From: Nitrospirota bacterium
Lineage (GTDB): Bacteria > Nitrospirota > UBA9217
DNA length: 64,000 nucleotides
NCBI GenBank assembly: GCA_963796285.1
Contig: CAWCKW010000013.1
Span: 64,001 to 128,000, forward strand
Direction of reading: 5' to 3'
The position numbers and the translations under genes are program-made. Below are positions 1-10,333 of the stretch, one piece after another. The notes under the pieces are model-generated. The model made no database searches. It saw nothing but the letters and a program-made list of their open reading frames with translations, and was not told where the DNA came from. The number at the start of each line of letters is the position of its first letter. The first letter of the stretch is position 1.

Positions 1-366
1 GGCGAAGGAAACAAACTTCGTCTTGAGTTCGGCGCCCATATCCGCGGCCTCGGTAATCATCTGGTCCTCTTTGAGGCCGAGCCGCTCCATGTCTTCCTTA
101 CATACCCAGACCGGCAAATCGATCATCAGGCAGCTCTTGATGTGGTTTTCAGTGCTGGTGACGCCATAGATCTTCATGGCCTGCTGGTTCTTCACCGCAT
201 TCAGAACTCCATCACCAACAAATACGATCGTCGGAACAACGGAATCGCCGTCATCCATATAGATCTCAGCGGTCTGGCTCGCAATGGCATGGGTGAGCGC
301 CAGACGGGGGTTCTCGCTCTTGTACGGCGGCCTCTGTACAACGAATAATAATTTTACGGCGCCCAT
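1..366 (-). CDS. dsrF: DsrF/TusC-like (DsrE-family) sulfur relay protein, 3' end runs off window
   Basis: Manual translation from ATG at 366: MGAVKLLFVVQRPPYKSENPRLALTHAIASQ...IVFVGDGVLNAVKNQ...VWVCKEDMERLGL, open to position 1. Has DsrE/F-fold motifs (PPY, FxGDGV, C..D...G) and abuts the dsrE stop. Not in the ORF track. Confidence 0.65.
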   Translation of the reverse strand, partial: MGAVKLLFVVQRPPYKSENPRLALTHAIASQTAEIYMDDGDSVVPTIVFVGDGVLNAVKNQQAMKIYGVTSTENHIKSCLMIDLPVWVCKEDMERLGLKEDQMITEAADMGAELKTKFVSFA

Positions 367-726
367 TTACTCACCTCCAATGTGAAGCAGCTTGTCGGTT
401 TTGACCGTCTTGGCCAAGTACCAGTCCATGCTGGCACGTTTCATTCCCGCCGGGGCATCTTCCTTGTGATAACCACGAGCCTCTGCGCAGGCTTCGCACA
501 CGGTTATCTCCATTCCTTTTCCGATCAGTTCCATCATCTTTTTCTCGAGGTGCGAGTAATCTTTGAATGATTTCTGCCCCTTCTTGGCCATCATCACGGC
601 ATTGCCCGAAAGCCACATGTTCACTTTGTGCCCTTTGGCCATCCCTGCATCGGCAATCTTGAATGCGAAATCAAGCGACATCGAGCCGACCAGAGAGGGG
701 AAAACTCCTAATGTTAATTCTCCCAT
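367..726 (-). CDS. dsrE: DsrE/TusD-like sulfurtransferase subunit
   Basis: 119 aa, GHKVNMWLSGNAV and VCEACAEARG (conserved active Cys region); AGGAGG RBS. Confidence 0.75.
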   Translation of the reverse strand: MGELTLGVFPSLVGSMSLDFAFKIADAGMAKGHKVNMWLSGNAVMMAKKGQKSFKDYSHLEKKMMELIGKGMEITVCEACAEARGYHKEDAPAGMKRASMDWYLAKTVKTDKLLHIGGE

Positions 727-791
727 TGTAACCTCCTTTTAAATTTTCGATGGACGATCGATGATTCTTCGTTCCTCGGGCTGATCAAATC

Positions 792-1091
792 TTACAGCCA
801 TGCCGTCTTCTCGTAATCGTTCATGATGAGATCGACGATGTCACCGTAGCTGATGACCTTTACCTTGGAATTGACCTGCGCCGCTGTGTATCCCCGCGTC
901 TCGAGGTCATCCGACAGAACATAGAAGCTTGCGCCGGCCTGTGAGAGTACTGGTGAATCCTTGCCATTCTCCTTCGTCACCGCATGGTAGATCCCGTTTG
1001 CCACCAGGATGACCCCCAGCTTATCGGCTTTCAGTCTCTCGAGGGTGTTTTCGGTCCTTCTCCAGTCGCTTAAAAATACCGCTAACTTCAT
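792..1091 (-). CDS. dsrH: DsrH/TusB-like sulfur relay protein
   Basis: 99 aa, LVANGIYHAV...YVLSDDLETRG...ISYGDIVDLI, typical DsrH/TusB; GGAGGTG RBS. Confidence 0.8.
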   Translation of the reverse strand: MKLAVFLSDWRRTENTLERLKADKLGVILVANGIYHAVTKENGKDSPVLSQAGASFYVLSDDLETRGYTAAQVNSKVKVISYGDIVDLIMNDYEKTAWL

Positions 1092-1120
1092 ATTCTCACC
1101 TCCCCAAAGCGTTTTTTGAT

Positions 1121-1155
1121 AAAAAAACAGGGGATAATTTATTCAACTATCCCCT
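1121..1155 (-). terminator. Intrinsic terminator between ferredoxin and dsrH
   Basis: Minus strand AGGGGATAGTTG-AA-TAAATTATCCCCT followed by GTTTTTTT. Confidence 0.7.
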
Positions 1156-1178
1156 TCGTATGAGTCTATGTTGCGTGA

Positions 1179-1364
1179 CTATATTTCAGCTACCGTAATC
1201 GCCTGCTGCGGGCAGTTCTCAACGCAGGTCAGACAATTTATGCACTCGGACATGTTCGCAGGATCGGCTTTACCGCCATCCAGCTTGAACACCGACTGCG
1301 GGCAGACGTTCACACAGGTGCCGTCGCCGTCACACTTGTTTGTATCGATCGATACCATATACAT
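1179..1364 (-). CDS. Small dicluster-type ferredoxin
   Basis: 61 aa, CDGDGTCVNVCP (second Cys replaced by Asp) and CINCLTCVENCP; GGAGGAGG RBS. Confidence 0.9.
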   Translation of the reverse strand: MYMVSIDTNKCDGDGTCVNVCPQSVFKLDGGKADPANMSECINCLTCVENCPQQAITVAEI

Positions 1365-1534
1365 AATTACTCGTTCCTCCTCCCGTCAGTTATCGTACTA
1401 CACTATTCGGCATCACCTGTCCTTCGCCAGAGAGAAGCACCCGGCAACCATAAATGGTCATGGCACCCGACGCGTGGACACAATGCGACCGTTATAGCAC
1501 CTTCCGGTACCCGAAACAGTGGTCCTGAATCGGT

Positions 1535-1870
1535 CTAGACGCAGCCTGTCGGTTTGGGAAGACCGGCGATTTTGCATGCCTGCTTTGCAGGGCCGCCCGG
1601 ATAGAGCTCATAGAGATACTTGGTATTGCCCTTTTCTGCGCCCAGCTTCTTGCCGATCTCTTTCACGAGGATCTTGATCATCGGCGCGATCTGGTACTGC
1701 TTGTAATAATCGCGCAGGAAGTTCACGACCTCCCAGTGCTGCTCGGTCATATCAATACCCTCGACCTGTGCGAAGTAATTCGCCACATCCATGCTCCAGT
1801 CATCCAGATTCGCCAGGAATCCATCTTCATCCACTTCGATCGTTTTGCCTTTTACGTCTACTGTTGCCAT
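1535..1870 (-). CDS. dsrC: DsrC sulfur-carrier protein
   Basis: DEDGFL, HWEVVNFLR, C-terminal ACKIAGLPKPTGCV with both conserved Cys. Confidence 0.97.
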   Translation of the reverse strand: MATVDVKGKTIEVDEDGFLANLDDWSMDVANYFAQVEGIDMTEQHWEVVNFLRDYYKQYQIAPMIKILVKEIGKKLGAEKGNTKYLYELYPGGPAKQACKIAGLPKPTGCV

Positions 1871-1970
1871 TGTTTGTTTCCCCTTTCGTTAAAATAAAAT
1901 ATAAATTGGACGCGGTTTCAGCGCCCGTCTCTTTGCTGTTTTTTTAACGGTACAGTCATACCGGTCAGCC

Positions 1971-2336
1971 TCATTTTGTCATCACCTTGATCATATAGAG
2001 CCGGGCGTTCCCATCCATGAATCCCTGCGGTTCACCGGAAGAACGGTGCAGCTTCAGATCGTAGCTGAGGATCGCATCCTCGTAATCTTCTCCTGCTGCC
2101 ATGTCGGAAATGTCCTTTGACAATTTGTCAGCGGCAAAACCAAGCCCCTGCATCATTACTTCACCCACATTTTTGCTCGTAGGATCGACAATATACAGTG
2201 CGCCGCATGAACCGCAAGTGCCTCCAAGAACACTCTCAGTGTTACTGATGTCCATCTTCGACGGCCGTGCGAGCGTTGCCTTGCAGAATGGACAGTGCGG
2301 CTCTCTGCCTTCCCGTGTTCTTTCCTTCAAATCCAA
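1971..2336 (-). CDS. Hypothetical protein with two CxxC motifs (putative Zn/Fe-binding)
   Basis: 121 aa, CPFC...CGSC; packed 9 bp after dsrN inside the dsr operon; TTG start. Confidence 0.75.
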   Translation of the reverse strand: MDLKERTREGREPHCPFCKATLARPSKMDISNTESVLGGTCGSCGALYIVDPTSKNVGEVMMQGLGFAADKLSKDISDMAAGEDYEDAILSYDLKLHRSSGEPQGFMDGNARLYMIKVMTK

Positions 2337-2345
2337 TCCTGCCTT

Positions 2346-3743
2346 CTACGCTTCCTGTTCAGAGCACCGGTACTCACGTGCCTTCCTGACCATTGCCTCG
2401 GCCCACTCAGGCGTCCCCAGCGCATGGAGGTGAGTATAGCAGGCAAGAACATTTTTATACACCAGTCCATCGGCTGTGCCGTTGATCCCTCCACCGCGTT
2501 TCATATGATACCCCATCGGTGGCATGTTATCAAGTGTCTTTACCCGGGAATAGTGAAACTCATGCCCCCGGATAATGACCCCCTTGTCAAGGAACGGACT
2601 TGCACATTCAACATGCAGCACGGTATATCCATGCGCCTGCGGCCGTTGTTCAAGAACAAAATCGACCGGAAATACCGATGCCATGGGATAGACCGTCTCT
2701 TTGACCTTCAAACTTCTGCCGAGGTAAATCAAACCACCACATTCAGCATAAATGGGAAGCCCCTGTTCAGCGGCCTGCCTGACCGATCGGCAGAAACTTT
2801 CGTTCCCCGCCAATTCAGCGGCCTGTGTTTCCGGAAAGCCTCCGCCTATATACAGGGCATCGATATCGGGCAACGCAATGTCTTTCAGAGCATTTATGAT
2901 CTTAAGTCGGGCGCCCTGCCCTTCGAGTGCTTCTAAATTATCAGGATAATAAAACTGAAATGCAGTATCTCTAATAACCCCAATGACTGGATACTTGTCG
3001 TCTTCCGCCTGCCGGGTCGTTGATATAACCGGTTTCAGCGCATCAAGATCCGGTGTATCGCAGGCGATGTTCCACAGGGAATCGAGATCAAGGTACTGTT
3101 CGGCTAGCACTGCCGCGGCGGCTATTGCCTGCTCCACCTCGGGATGTTCGTGAAAGGGCGTAAGCCCCATATGCCGCTCGGGGAACCCGCCTTTTCTCTG
3201 GCGCGGTATTGAGCCGACAACGCGCAGGCCGGTGCGCTGCTCAACGGCCTGCCTGATTACGGTTTCATGCCGTCCCGGAGATACGTTGTTGAGAATGATC
3301 CCCCTGAGAGCTACCCCGGGGTCATACTGCTGGCATCCCAGAACAACTGCTCCGACCGTGCTCGATGCCTTAGTTCCATCAACAATGAGCACCACCGGCG
3401 TTTTCAGAAGCTGCGCCAATCGTGCAGTACTGTAGGTCCCCGACCCATCTACACCATCGTAGAGGCCCCGGTTGCCTTCAATCACCGCTACATCCGCACC
3501 AACGGTGTGCTTTCCAAATGACCGCAGGATGCTTTCCTGCTCCATCATGAAAAGATCGAGATTATAACAGGGCCGGCCGGCTGCTGCGCCGAGCCAACCT
3601 GCATCGATAAAATCAGGGCCTTTTTTAAATACTGCTACCCGCCTGCCCTGCTTGCGCCATGCAGCGGTAATACCAATCGCAAGGGTTGTCTTTCCCAACC
3701 CGCCGCGGGTGGCTGAAATCGCCAGCCTCGGTAGCGTCGGCAT
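2346..3743 (-). CDS. dsrN: Cobyrinate a,c-diamide synthase-like siroheme amidase DsrN
   Basis: GKTT, FKKGPDFID, EGNRGLYDG, glutamine amidotransferase AECGG and GHEFHYS; located in dsr operon. Confidence 0.9.
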   Translation of the reverse strand: MPTLPRLAISATRGGLGKTTLAIGITAAWRKQGRRVAVFKKGPDFIDAGWLGAAAGRPCYNLDLFMMEQESILRSFGKHTVGADVAVIEGNRGLYDGVDGSGTYSTARLAQLLKTPVVLIVDGTKASSTVGAVVLGCQQYDPGVALRGIILNNVSPGRHETVIRQAVEQRTGLRVVGSIPRQRKGGFPERHMGLTPFHEHPEVEQAIAAAAVLAEQYLDLDSLWNIACDTPDLDALKPVISTTRQAEDDKYPVIGVIRDTAFQFYYPDNLEALEGQGARLKIINALKDIALPDIDALYIGGGFPETQAAELAGNESFCRSVRQAAEQGLPIYAECGGLIYLGRSLKVKETVYPMASVFPVDFVLEQRPQAHGYTVLHVECASPFLDKGVIIRGHEFHYSRVKTLDNMPPMGYHMKRGGGINGTADGLVYKNVLACYTHLHALGTPEWAEAMVRKAREYRCSEQEA

Positions 3744-3979
3744 TATGCCTGCGGATTGGCCGAGCCTTCCGTATGCGGAATCTCTACGGCAGTTCCGCCG
3801 AAATACGAATACACCAGCTTGCCGCCGTCGATCAGCACGCGAAGCGCGGCCTTCGTTTCAGCCTGGGTCGCCCCTTCCGCCTCCATGGCATTGCTGATGT
3901 CCTTGGGCTTCAGCTTCTTTTTGCCCTGGCTCTTTTCAACAAGCGCGTAAACTTTTTTTTGCAGTTCTTCAGCATCCAT
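3743..3979 (-). CDS. dsrD: DsrD (DsrAB activator, winged helix)
   Basis: 78 aa Lys-rich small protein directly after dsrB; KKKLKPKD...LIDGGKLVYSYFGGT. Confidence 0.85.
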   Translation of the reverse strand: MDAEELQKKVYALVEKSQGKKKLKPKDISNAMEAEGATQAETKAALRVLIDGGKLVYSYFGGTAVEIPHTEGSANPQA

Positions 3980-4014
3980 ATTCTCACCCCTCTGCTTAGG
4001 TTATTCACATCACC

Positions 4015-4047
4015 AAAAAACCGGCCCCGGTCTCTTACCGGGGCCGG
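4015..4047 (-). terminator. Intrinsic terminator-like hairpin between dsrB and dsrD
   Basis: Minus strand CCGGCCCCGGT-AAGAG-ACCGGGGCCGG-TTTTTT (11-bp perfect stem plus U-tract). Confidence 0.8.
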
Positions 4048-4062
4048 CATGACGTTATACCA

Positions 4063-5137
4063 CTATTCCCACTTGAAGGTCGGGGTCATTCTGAACGTAT
4101 CGCGTGCAAAGGTGAAATCATCGATATGCATCTGAGTGAACGCAATCCCGGTCATCTTGAAGAACCGCTCCCAGCCTATGCGCTCGATCCACTCGCCCAC
4201 ACGTTCATGCTTGCTGTGCATCCTTGGCATAGACCTCTACCAGGTGCTTAACAGCCTTCACAACCTCGGGCCAGCGCGGAGGATTATTGGGAAGGAACGG
4301 GATGGCAAGCTTGGACATGCGCGCCGGTCCACGTGCGTTCGACACCTTGCCGCCGACCCAGATGGAGATACCATCGCCGGTCGCATCCGCGAGCGGGAGC
4401 GAGGGGCACATGGTGTAGCAGTTACCGCAATACATGCAGCGCTCTTCTTTGATCTTCACGGACTTCGCAGCCGGGTTCGGGGCGATGGCACCCGTAGGAC
4501 ATGACGCGATAGTCGTCGGGATCTCGCACTGGTTCGCGATGGTCGCCTCATTCACCTTCGGCGGCTTGCGGTGAATGCCGAGGATGGCAATGTCGGAGCA
4601 ATGCACAGCGCCGCACATGTTGAGACAGCAAGCGAGCGCGATCCTGACGCGTGCCGGAAGTGTCTTCGTAGTAAAGTACTCATGCAGTTCATCCATCACG
4701 GCTTTCACAACACCGGAAGCGTCAGTTGCCGGGGTGTGGCAGTGGACCCAGCCCTGCGTGTGTACAACGTTGCTGATTCCGTAGCCGATGCCGCCGGTCA
4801 GGTGGCCGCGCTTCTTGAGTTCGGCCTGGAGCGGCTCCACCTGCGTTTTGGCGGGAAAGAACTCGACGTTGTTACGCGTCGTGAACCGCAGATGCCCGCC
4901 GGAGAATTTATCGGCGATCTCGCATAGCTCACGGATAAAATCGCTGCTCACGAGACGGGGTGATGCCATGCGCACGGTATAGAGTTCGTCTCCGGTCTCG
5001 GAAACATGCTTCATCGCTCCTTTGTTGATGATTTCATGGTACTTCCATTTCCCGTAGTTCTTTGCGATCACGGGAGGCAAAAATTTGCTAAAGTGAGGAG
5101 CTCCAATATCGGTTATTCTCTTCGGTTTGTCAGCCAT
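4063..5137 (-). CDS. dsrB: Dissimilatory sulfite reductase beta subunit (apparent +1 frameshift near 4213)
   Basis: [37 protein letters not shown]. The conserved C-terminus [18 protein letters not shown]...FKWE* continues in another frame to TAG at 4063-4065; span is 3n+1. Confidence 0.95.
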
Positions 5138-5157
5138 TATAAGTTATCCTCCTTAAG

Positions 5158-6337
5158 TTATTTCACGTCTTCCGGTGACCAGAATACGTACGGGTTCGAC
5201 CTGGGGGCTTTCACCATCTGCGGTACTGCCTTGAGACCGGTTGAATCAAGCATGGACTTCATGCCCATACGGTCGACGAGTTCGCCGATACGCTCGCGGT
5301 TCTTGCCGTGGTCATCCCACCATTCCCACAACTTGCGGATAAGCTCTTCCAGGTTATCGTACGGCTTCTCAAGCTTCATGAAAGGAACGATGACCCAGCT
5401 CATGAGAGCGCCGGTCACGATCGGGGCTTTGCCGCCGAGCATAATGGTCGCGCCTTGCTCTTTTCCTGGGCGCAACGCCTTCGGCATCAGGTTGATGCAG
5501 TGCATGCAACGAACGCAATCCTCGTCGTTGATCTTGAGCGCGCTGCCGTCGAAGCTCATGCATTTCGTCGGACACATGCCGACGATCTCCTCGGCGATAT
5601 TCATGCTCTTGGAATAATTCTTCACCTCGGCCTGGTCGATCCGGATGGAGTCTCTCCACGTGCCGATGATGGACATGTCGGCGCGGGCAATGGCAGGCGA
5701 CGCAGTCGTTGGCGCAGCCCGAGACCTTGATCTTGAACTTGTAGGGGAACGCGGGACGATGGAGCTCATCCTGGAACTTGTGGGTGAGCGTATCGCAGAT
5801 TTCCATGGTGTCGATGTTCGCGAACTCGCAACGGGATTTACCGGCACAGCAGCTCGGGGTACGGAGGCAGGAGCCGGAGCCGCCGAGGTCCCAGCCCTTT
5901 GCCGTTGTTTCCGCAAAGATGGCTTCAAGCTTGTCGGTCTGCGTACCGAGGAGCACCAGGTCGCCTGTTGATCCGTGCATGTTCGTCAGGCCGCTGCCGT
6001 ATTTGTCCCAGATATCCATAAGCTCACGGAGCGCGCTCGACGTGTAATAGAAACCTGCGGGCTGGTTGATACGAACGGTGTGGAAATGAGCGACGCCCGG
6101 GTATTCTTCCGGGAGGTCACAGTAACGGCCGATAACGCCGCCGCCGTAACCAAGCACGCCCACAATCCCGCCGTGCTTCCAGTGGGTTACCTTATCCCTA
6201 TATGATCTTTCAAGGATATTGAGCAGATCCTTCGCCGTATTACTCTTTTCTGCGGCCTTCTTGATCTCTTTTACGAAACTTGGCCATGCGCCTTTTTCTA
6301 GTTCGTCAAGCATCGGTGTCTTACCATCTTTGCTCAT
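5158..6337 (-). CDS. dsrA: Dissimilatory sulfite reductase alpha subunit (apparent +1 frameshift near 5696)
   Basis: [53 protein letters not shown], then in a shifted frame [14 protein letters not shown]...CVRCMHCIN...PRSNPY; span is 3n+1. Confidence 0.95.
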
Positions 6338-6606
6338 GTTAGAAAATCCTCCTTATAGAATTATCTGACTATACTTTTAGTAAGATTCTGAAATTCGTAA
6401 GACCGGTATCAGGATTCCTTGAAACAAAATACGCTCAATGCATATTCATATTCATCATACAACCTGAGTAATTCGGTTTATTTTATTAGGTGTAATGTCC
6501 CCCTTTCAAAAAAAACATAATAAACAATACAGCATACCGAAGGCGGGTTAGTATGGCGATCTCTTCGGTCATGATTTCATATACCAAGATGATGGCAGGA
6601 GTTGAG

Positions 6607-6635
6607 ATTGTATGTTTAGTTGCTCTTTTAGTCAA
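6607..6635 (-). promoter_or_regulatory. Putative sigma70 promoter of the dsr operon
   Basis: TTGACT-17 nt-TACAAT on minus strand in an AT-rich intergenic region, ~265 nt upstream of dsrA. Confidence 0.55.
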
Positions 6636-6992
6636 ATAAATAAAACTAATTGTGCCATAATCATTCGTAATCAACTTTGACGGGGATCTCTCGATTACTT
6701 CATAATAATTACAAATAGTTATGGTTTAACGGGGATACTTTAAAAAACTGTCTCGTTACGAATATCCCTTGGCTATCACTTGTTTATTGACAAAATAATA
6801 ATTAAACCATTTAATAATCATAACGTTAGATTTCTTAGCAATTAGTGTCTATCGTGGGATGTTATGAAACATGGACCCAAAGGACCAATAATAACACTTC
6901 AGAACTTCGCATTCTAATGCTATGACAGGATAACGAATATGCTATCTTTCTTGTTCTTTGAAAAAGAATCATTACCGCACGGCACCCATGCG

Positions 6993-7021
6993 TTGACTCT
7001 GCTGCCGAGTTCTGATACCAT
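6993..7021 (+). promoter_or_regulatory. Putative sigma70 promoter for osmC-like gene
   Basis: TTGACT-17 nt-TACCAT. Confidence 0.5.
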
Positions 7022-7059
7022 GCTGTTGCTTATTCTTTCATGTGCTAACGGAGGAAAAT

Positions 7060-7479
7060 ATGGTCGAAGCAAAAGTAACGTTGCTGAACAATATGCAGTT
7101 TACAGGAAAAGCATCGTCAGGTCATACCCTGATCATGGACGCTGAAGAAGACTCCGGCGGTCGCAACACAGGCTTCCGCCCAATGGAACTTCTTCTCGTG
7201 GGCTTCGGCGGCTGCTCGGGTATGGACGTGATATCCATCCTGCGCAAGAAGAAACAGCAGGTCTCAGGCCTCGAGATCAACGTAAAAGGAGAAAAGTCGG
7301 ACACGGCTCCGAAGATCTACAATGAAGTCCACATTGAATATGTGGTAACTGGCAAAGGCGTAGTAAAGGGGGCCGTGGAGCGCGCCATTTCCCTGTCCCT
7401 GGAGAAATACTGTTCCGTGGGTGCAACACTCGCTAAGGCCGGAACGATCACGCACAGTTACAGGATCGTGGAGGAATAA
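7060..7479 (+). CDS. OsmC/YhfA-family protein
   Basis: GFRPMELLLVGFGGCSGMDV and EKYCSV motifs; ATG at 7060 after GGAGG. Confidence 0.9.
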   Translation: MVEAKVTLLNNMQFTGKASSGHTLIMDAEEDSGGRNTGFRPMELLLVGFGGCSGMDVISILRKKKQQVSGLEINVKGEKSDTAPKIYNEVHIEYVVTGKGVVKGAVERAISLSLEKYCSVGATLAKAGTITHSYRIVEE

Positions 7480-7552
7480 AGAGTCGGGAAGTAAGAAAGG
7501 TAAGAACACGGGAAACCGCGGGCGGGTTATACTTTCTCAAATTCATCTCATC

Positions 7553-8212
7553 CTATTTTCCTCTGTTCTTGAGACTCTCCAATTCCTTTTTCAGCATATC
7601 CATCTGGACCTGCAGTTCGATAAGCCGGTCCGCGATGGGATCGGGAATATGGATGTGGTCCATCAGCGCCTCGTCAGCGACGCGCTCATCCTTGATCCTG
7701 ACGATTCTCCCCGGTATCCCGACCACCGTTGAATGGTCCGGCACATCCTGGAGCACGACCGAGTTCGCACCGATCTTGACGAAATCGCCGATCGTGATAG
7801 GACCGAGCACTTTCGCCCCAGCTCCAACGACCACGTGGCTCCCTATGGTCGGATGGCGCTTTCCCCGCTGTTTGCCCGTGCCGCCGAGGGTCACCCCCTG
7901 GAACAGCGTTACATTGTCGCCGATCTCAGTGGTTTCGCCGATCACCACTCCCATGCCGTGGTCGATGAACAGGCCCGACCCGATCATCGCGCCGGGGTGT
8001 ATCTCGATGCCGGTGATGAACCGCGCAAATTGCGACAACGCCCGCGGGACAAAGGGAACATGCCTTCTGCTCAACCAGTGCGAGAACCGGTAGAACAGGA
8101 GCGCATGGAACCCGGCGTAGGTAAGGACAACCTCGATCCTGCTCGTGGCTGCCGGGTCCATCGACAGCGCCGCGTTAAAGTCTCTCTGTATTTTTCGAAA
8201 GGTCTCGCACAT
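7553..8212 (-). CDS. cysE: Serine O-acetyltransferase
   Basis: [38 protein letters not shown]. Confidence 0.95.
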   Translation of the reverse strand: MCETFRKIQRDFNAALSMDPAATSRIEVVLTYAGFHALLFYRFSHWLSRRHVPFVPRALSQFARFITGIEIHPGAMIGSGLFIDHGMGVVIGETTEIGDNVTLFQGVTLGGTGKQRGKRHPTIGSHVVVGAGAKVLGPITIGDFVKIGANSVVLQDVPDHSTVVGIPGRIVRIKDERVADEALMDHIHIPDPIADRLIELQVQMDMLKKELESLKNRGK

Positions 8213-8404
8213 ATAGTAAAGGTATTAAAGATTCAGAGTAATCTCAACTTGGGTTGAAAAAAGTCAACTTCTTTGGCACTGCTTTTCGGAGCTTGGGTTA
8301 CGAAGGCTCATGATGCATCATGGGTTTCCTTCACCTGTATCCGTGTCAAAGCATTTTCCTCGCATTTCTTGCTTCCGCATGCCACCTTCGGAATTTTTTC
8401 CCGT

Positions 8405-8980
8405 CTACTCCCTCAACCATCCCGGCGGTATGCCTTTCTTGCGCGCTTCCTCCGGGATAACGGCGTCGATATTATTTCGGGCCTCGTCTATCTGTATCTG
8501 CACATCCTTCATCTCCTGCTCGATTTTCTCGACCTCAGTGCTATCAACGAGCCGGCCGGACGCAGGACCACCCCAGCTCCGGAGCAGTTCGTTTCTTCGT
8601 TGATCGAGTTCGTGATAGCGTTTTTCAGCGGAGTCAAGCCGCTGTTTCGCCTCTCGCATGCGTTGCTGCCATTCACGCTTTCCCAACGCGTCGGCGGAGT
8701 CGGATTCAGCTCCCGATGGAGAGGTTGACTCCTGCTGCACCTGCTGCCCCTGATCAGTGTCTTCCTTTTTCGGCTGCTTTAATTTTATCGCCTTATCGCG
8801 GTACTGTTTCGGTACCGTTCCCAGACTGTCGGTGATATGGACAATGCCCTTATCATCGGTCCATTGATAGAGATAGCCCTGTTGTTCCTTGTCCTCAGTC
8901 TGCGCCTGCGGGTCAGCTTGTGCAAAGACCGTCATTGCAAAACCAGTGAGCACCAGTATGAGAAGTAGCATTCTACTCAT
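8405..8980 (-). CDS. DUF4124-like secreted coiled-coil protein
   Basis: Signal peptide; YQWTDDKGIVHITD...VP..YR; C-terminal ARKKGIPPGWLR. Confidence 0.75.
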   Translation of the reverse strand: MSRMLLLILVLTGFAMTVFAQADPQAQTEDKEQQGYLYQWTDDKGIVHITDSLGTVPKQYRDKAIKLKQPKKEDTDQGQQVQQESTSPSGAESDSADALGKREWQQRMREAKQRLDSAEKRYHELDQRRNELLRSWGGPASGRLVDSTEVEKIEQEMKDVQIQIDEARNNIDAVIPEEARKKGIPPGWLRE

Positions 8981-8983
8981 GGA

Positions 8984-9463
8984 TCACCCCACTTTCCTGA
9001 TCAAGGCCACAGCGTACGCCGCCATCCCCTCGCCCCTGCCCGCGAAACCGAGTCCCTCGGTCGTCGTGGCCTTCACATTGATCGCGGACCGGTCGACATT
9101 GACTGCTGAGGCTATGTTCGCGACCATGGCGGGGATATGGGAAGCCATCTTCGGCTTTTCAGCGACAATGGTCGCATCAATGTTGTTCACGCGGAATCCG
9201 GCCCCGGCAAGAAGCCGCCGCACCTCTTCGAGAAGCATGAGGCTCGGGATGCCCCTGTATTTCGGCGCTGTGTCGGGGAAGTGCCTGCCGATGTCCCCGA
9301 GACCGGCCGCGCCGAGCAGCGCATCACAGATCGCGTGGAGCAGCACATCCGCGTCCGAGTGCCCAAGCAGCCCCTTTTCGAAGGGGATGTCCACACCGCC
9401 GATCATCAGCTTCCTGCCGGCCGCAAGACGGTGAACATCATAGCCTGTGCCGATCCTCACCAT
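8984..9463 (-). CDS. ispF: 2-C-methyl-D-erythritol 2,4-cyclodiphosphate synthase
   Basis: [30 protein letters not shown]. Confidence 0.97.
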   Translation of the reverse strand: MVRIGTGYDVHRLAAGRKLMIGGVDIPFEKGLLGHSDADVLLHAICDALLGAAGLGDIGRHFPDTAPKYRGIPSLMLLEEVRRLLAGAGFRVNNIDATIVAEKPKMASHIPAMVANIASAVNVDRSAINVKATTTEGLGFAGRGEGMAAYAVALIRKVG

Positions 9464-9468
9464 TACCG

Positions 9469-10158
9469 TTACCTTCTCTTCAGGATCTCCTCCGCGACGA
9501 TCAGATCCTCGGGTGTCGTAATTTTGATGTTCTCGTAGCTCCCCATGATCACCCGCACCGTGCCGCCTGTCCGCTCCACAAGCGTGGCGTCGTCTGTCCC
9601 GTACATTTTCTGTTTGGAAGACTCCTCATAGGCGCGCCTGAGTATCTTTACCGGAAAGACCTGGGGCGTCTGGATCATCCAGAGTTTCCCCCGCTCCAGC
9701 GTTCGGCGCACGATCTTGTTTTCATCCACTTCCTTGATCGTATCCTTGATCGGCACACCCACGGCGATGCACTCGCCCTTCTTCGCGAAGCCGACGGCTT
9801 CACTGATCATATCAAGCGTCACGAAGGGCCGCACGCCGTCATGAACGAGCACAACCGTCGTGTCCTTGCCGATCTTCTGCAGACCGTGCAACACGGAATC
9901 CTGACGTTCCTTGCCTCCCACGACCAGGGTCTTCACCTTGGTGATTTGGTAACGTTCGATCACATCATGGAGACAGCTCTCCATGTCCTCCTTGGAGAGG
10001 ACCGGGATGATCTCGTCGATCTCCGGGGCGCGTTGGAACACGAGAAGGGTATGCGCCAGCATGGGTTTATCGGCGATCGTCAGAAATTGCTTCGACACGG
10101 CTTTGCCCATCCGCTTGCCCATACCCGCAGCGGGTATGATTGCCGTCACCTTCGACAT
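9469..10158 (-). CDS. ispD: 2-C-methyl-D-erythritol 4-phosphate cytidylyltransferase
   Basis: [37 protein letters not shown]. Confidence 0.97.
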   Translation of the reverse strand: MSKVTAIIPAAGMGKRMGKAVSKQFLTIADKPMLAHTLLVFQRAPEIDEIIPVLSKEDMESCLHDVIERYQITKVKTLVVGGKERQDSVLHGLQKIGKDTTVVLVHDGVRPFVTLDMISEAVGFAKKGECIAVGVPIKDTIKEVDENKIVRRTLERGKLWMIQTPQVFPVKILRRAYEESSKQKMYGTDDATLVERTGGTVRVIMGSYENIKITTPEDLIVAEEILKRR

Positions 10159-10333
10159 AGGAACCTCGAATATTCTAACTCGGGAAAACCGGAATCAAAA
10201 GCTGGTTGAAGCAAAAACGCGACGTTCACAACGAACAGCAAGGCTTTTTCTGGTTTTAAAACAAGAAATCAGGGATCTCTTTTCGCGCTTAGCGAGCTTT
10301 GCGGAAAACATTCTTTTTTGCAGTGTTCGAGAA

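Noticed and set aside
4063-6337. dsrA and dsrB as true pseudogenes or programmed frameshifts
   Set aside because: No slippery sites or other decay, and the same +1 pattern appears in unrelated genes; sequencing error is more parsimonious, pending read check.
6640-6660. TGGCAC sigma54-like motif upstream of dsrA (also at ~8273 and ~28791)
   Set aside because: The -12 TTGC element is missing at the required spacing.
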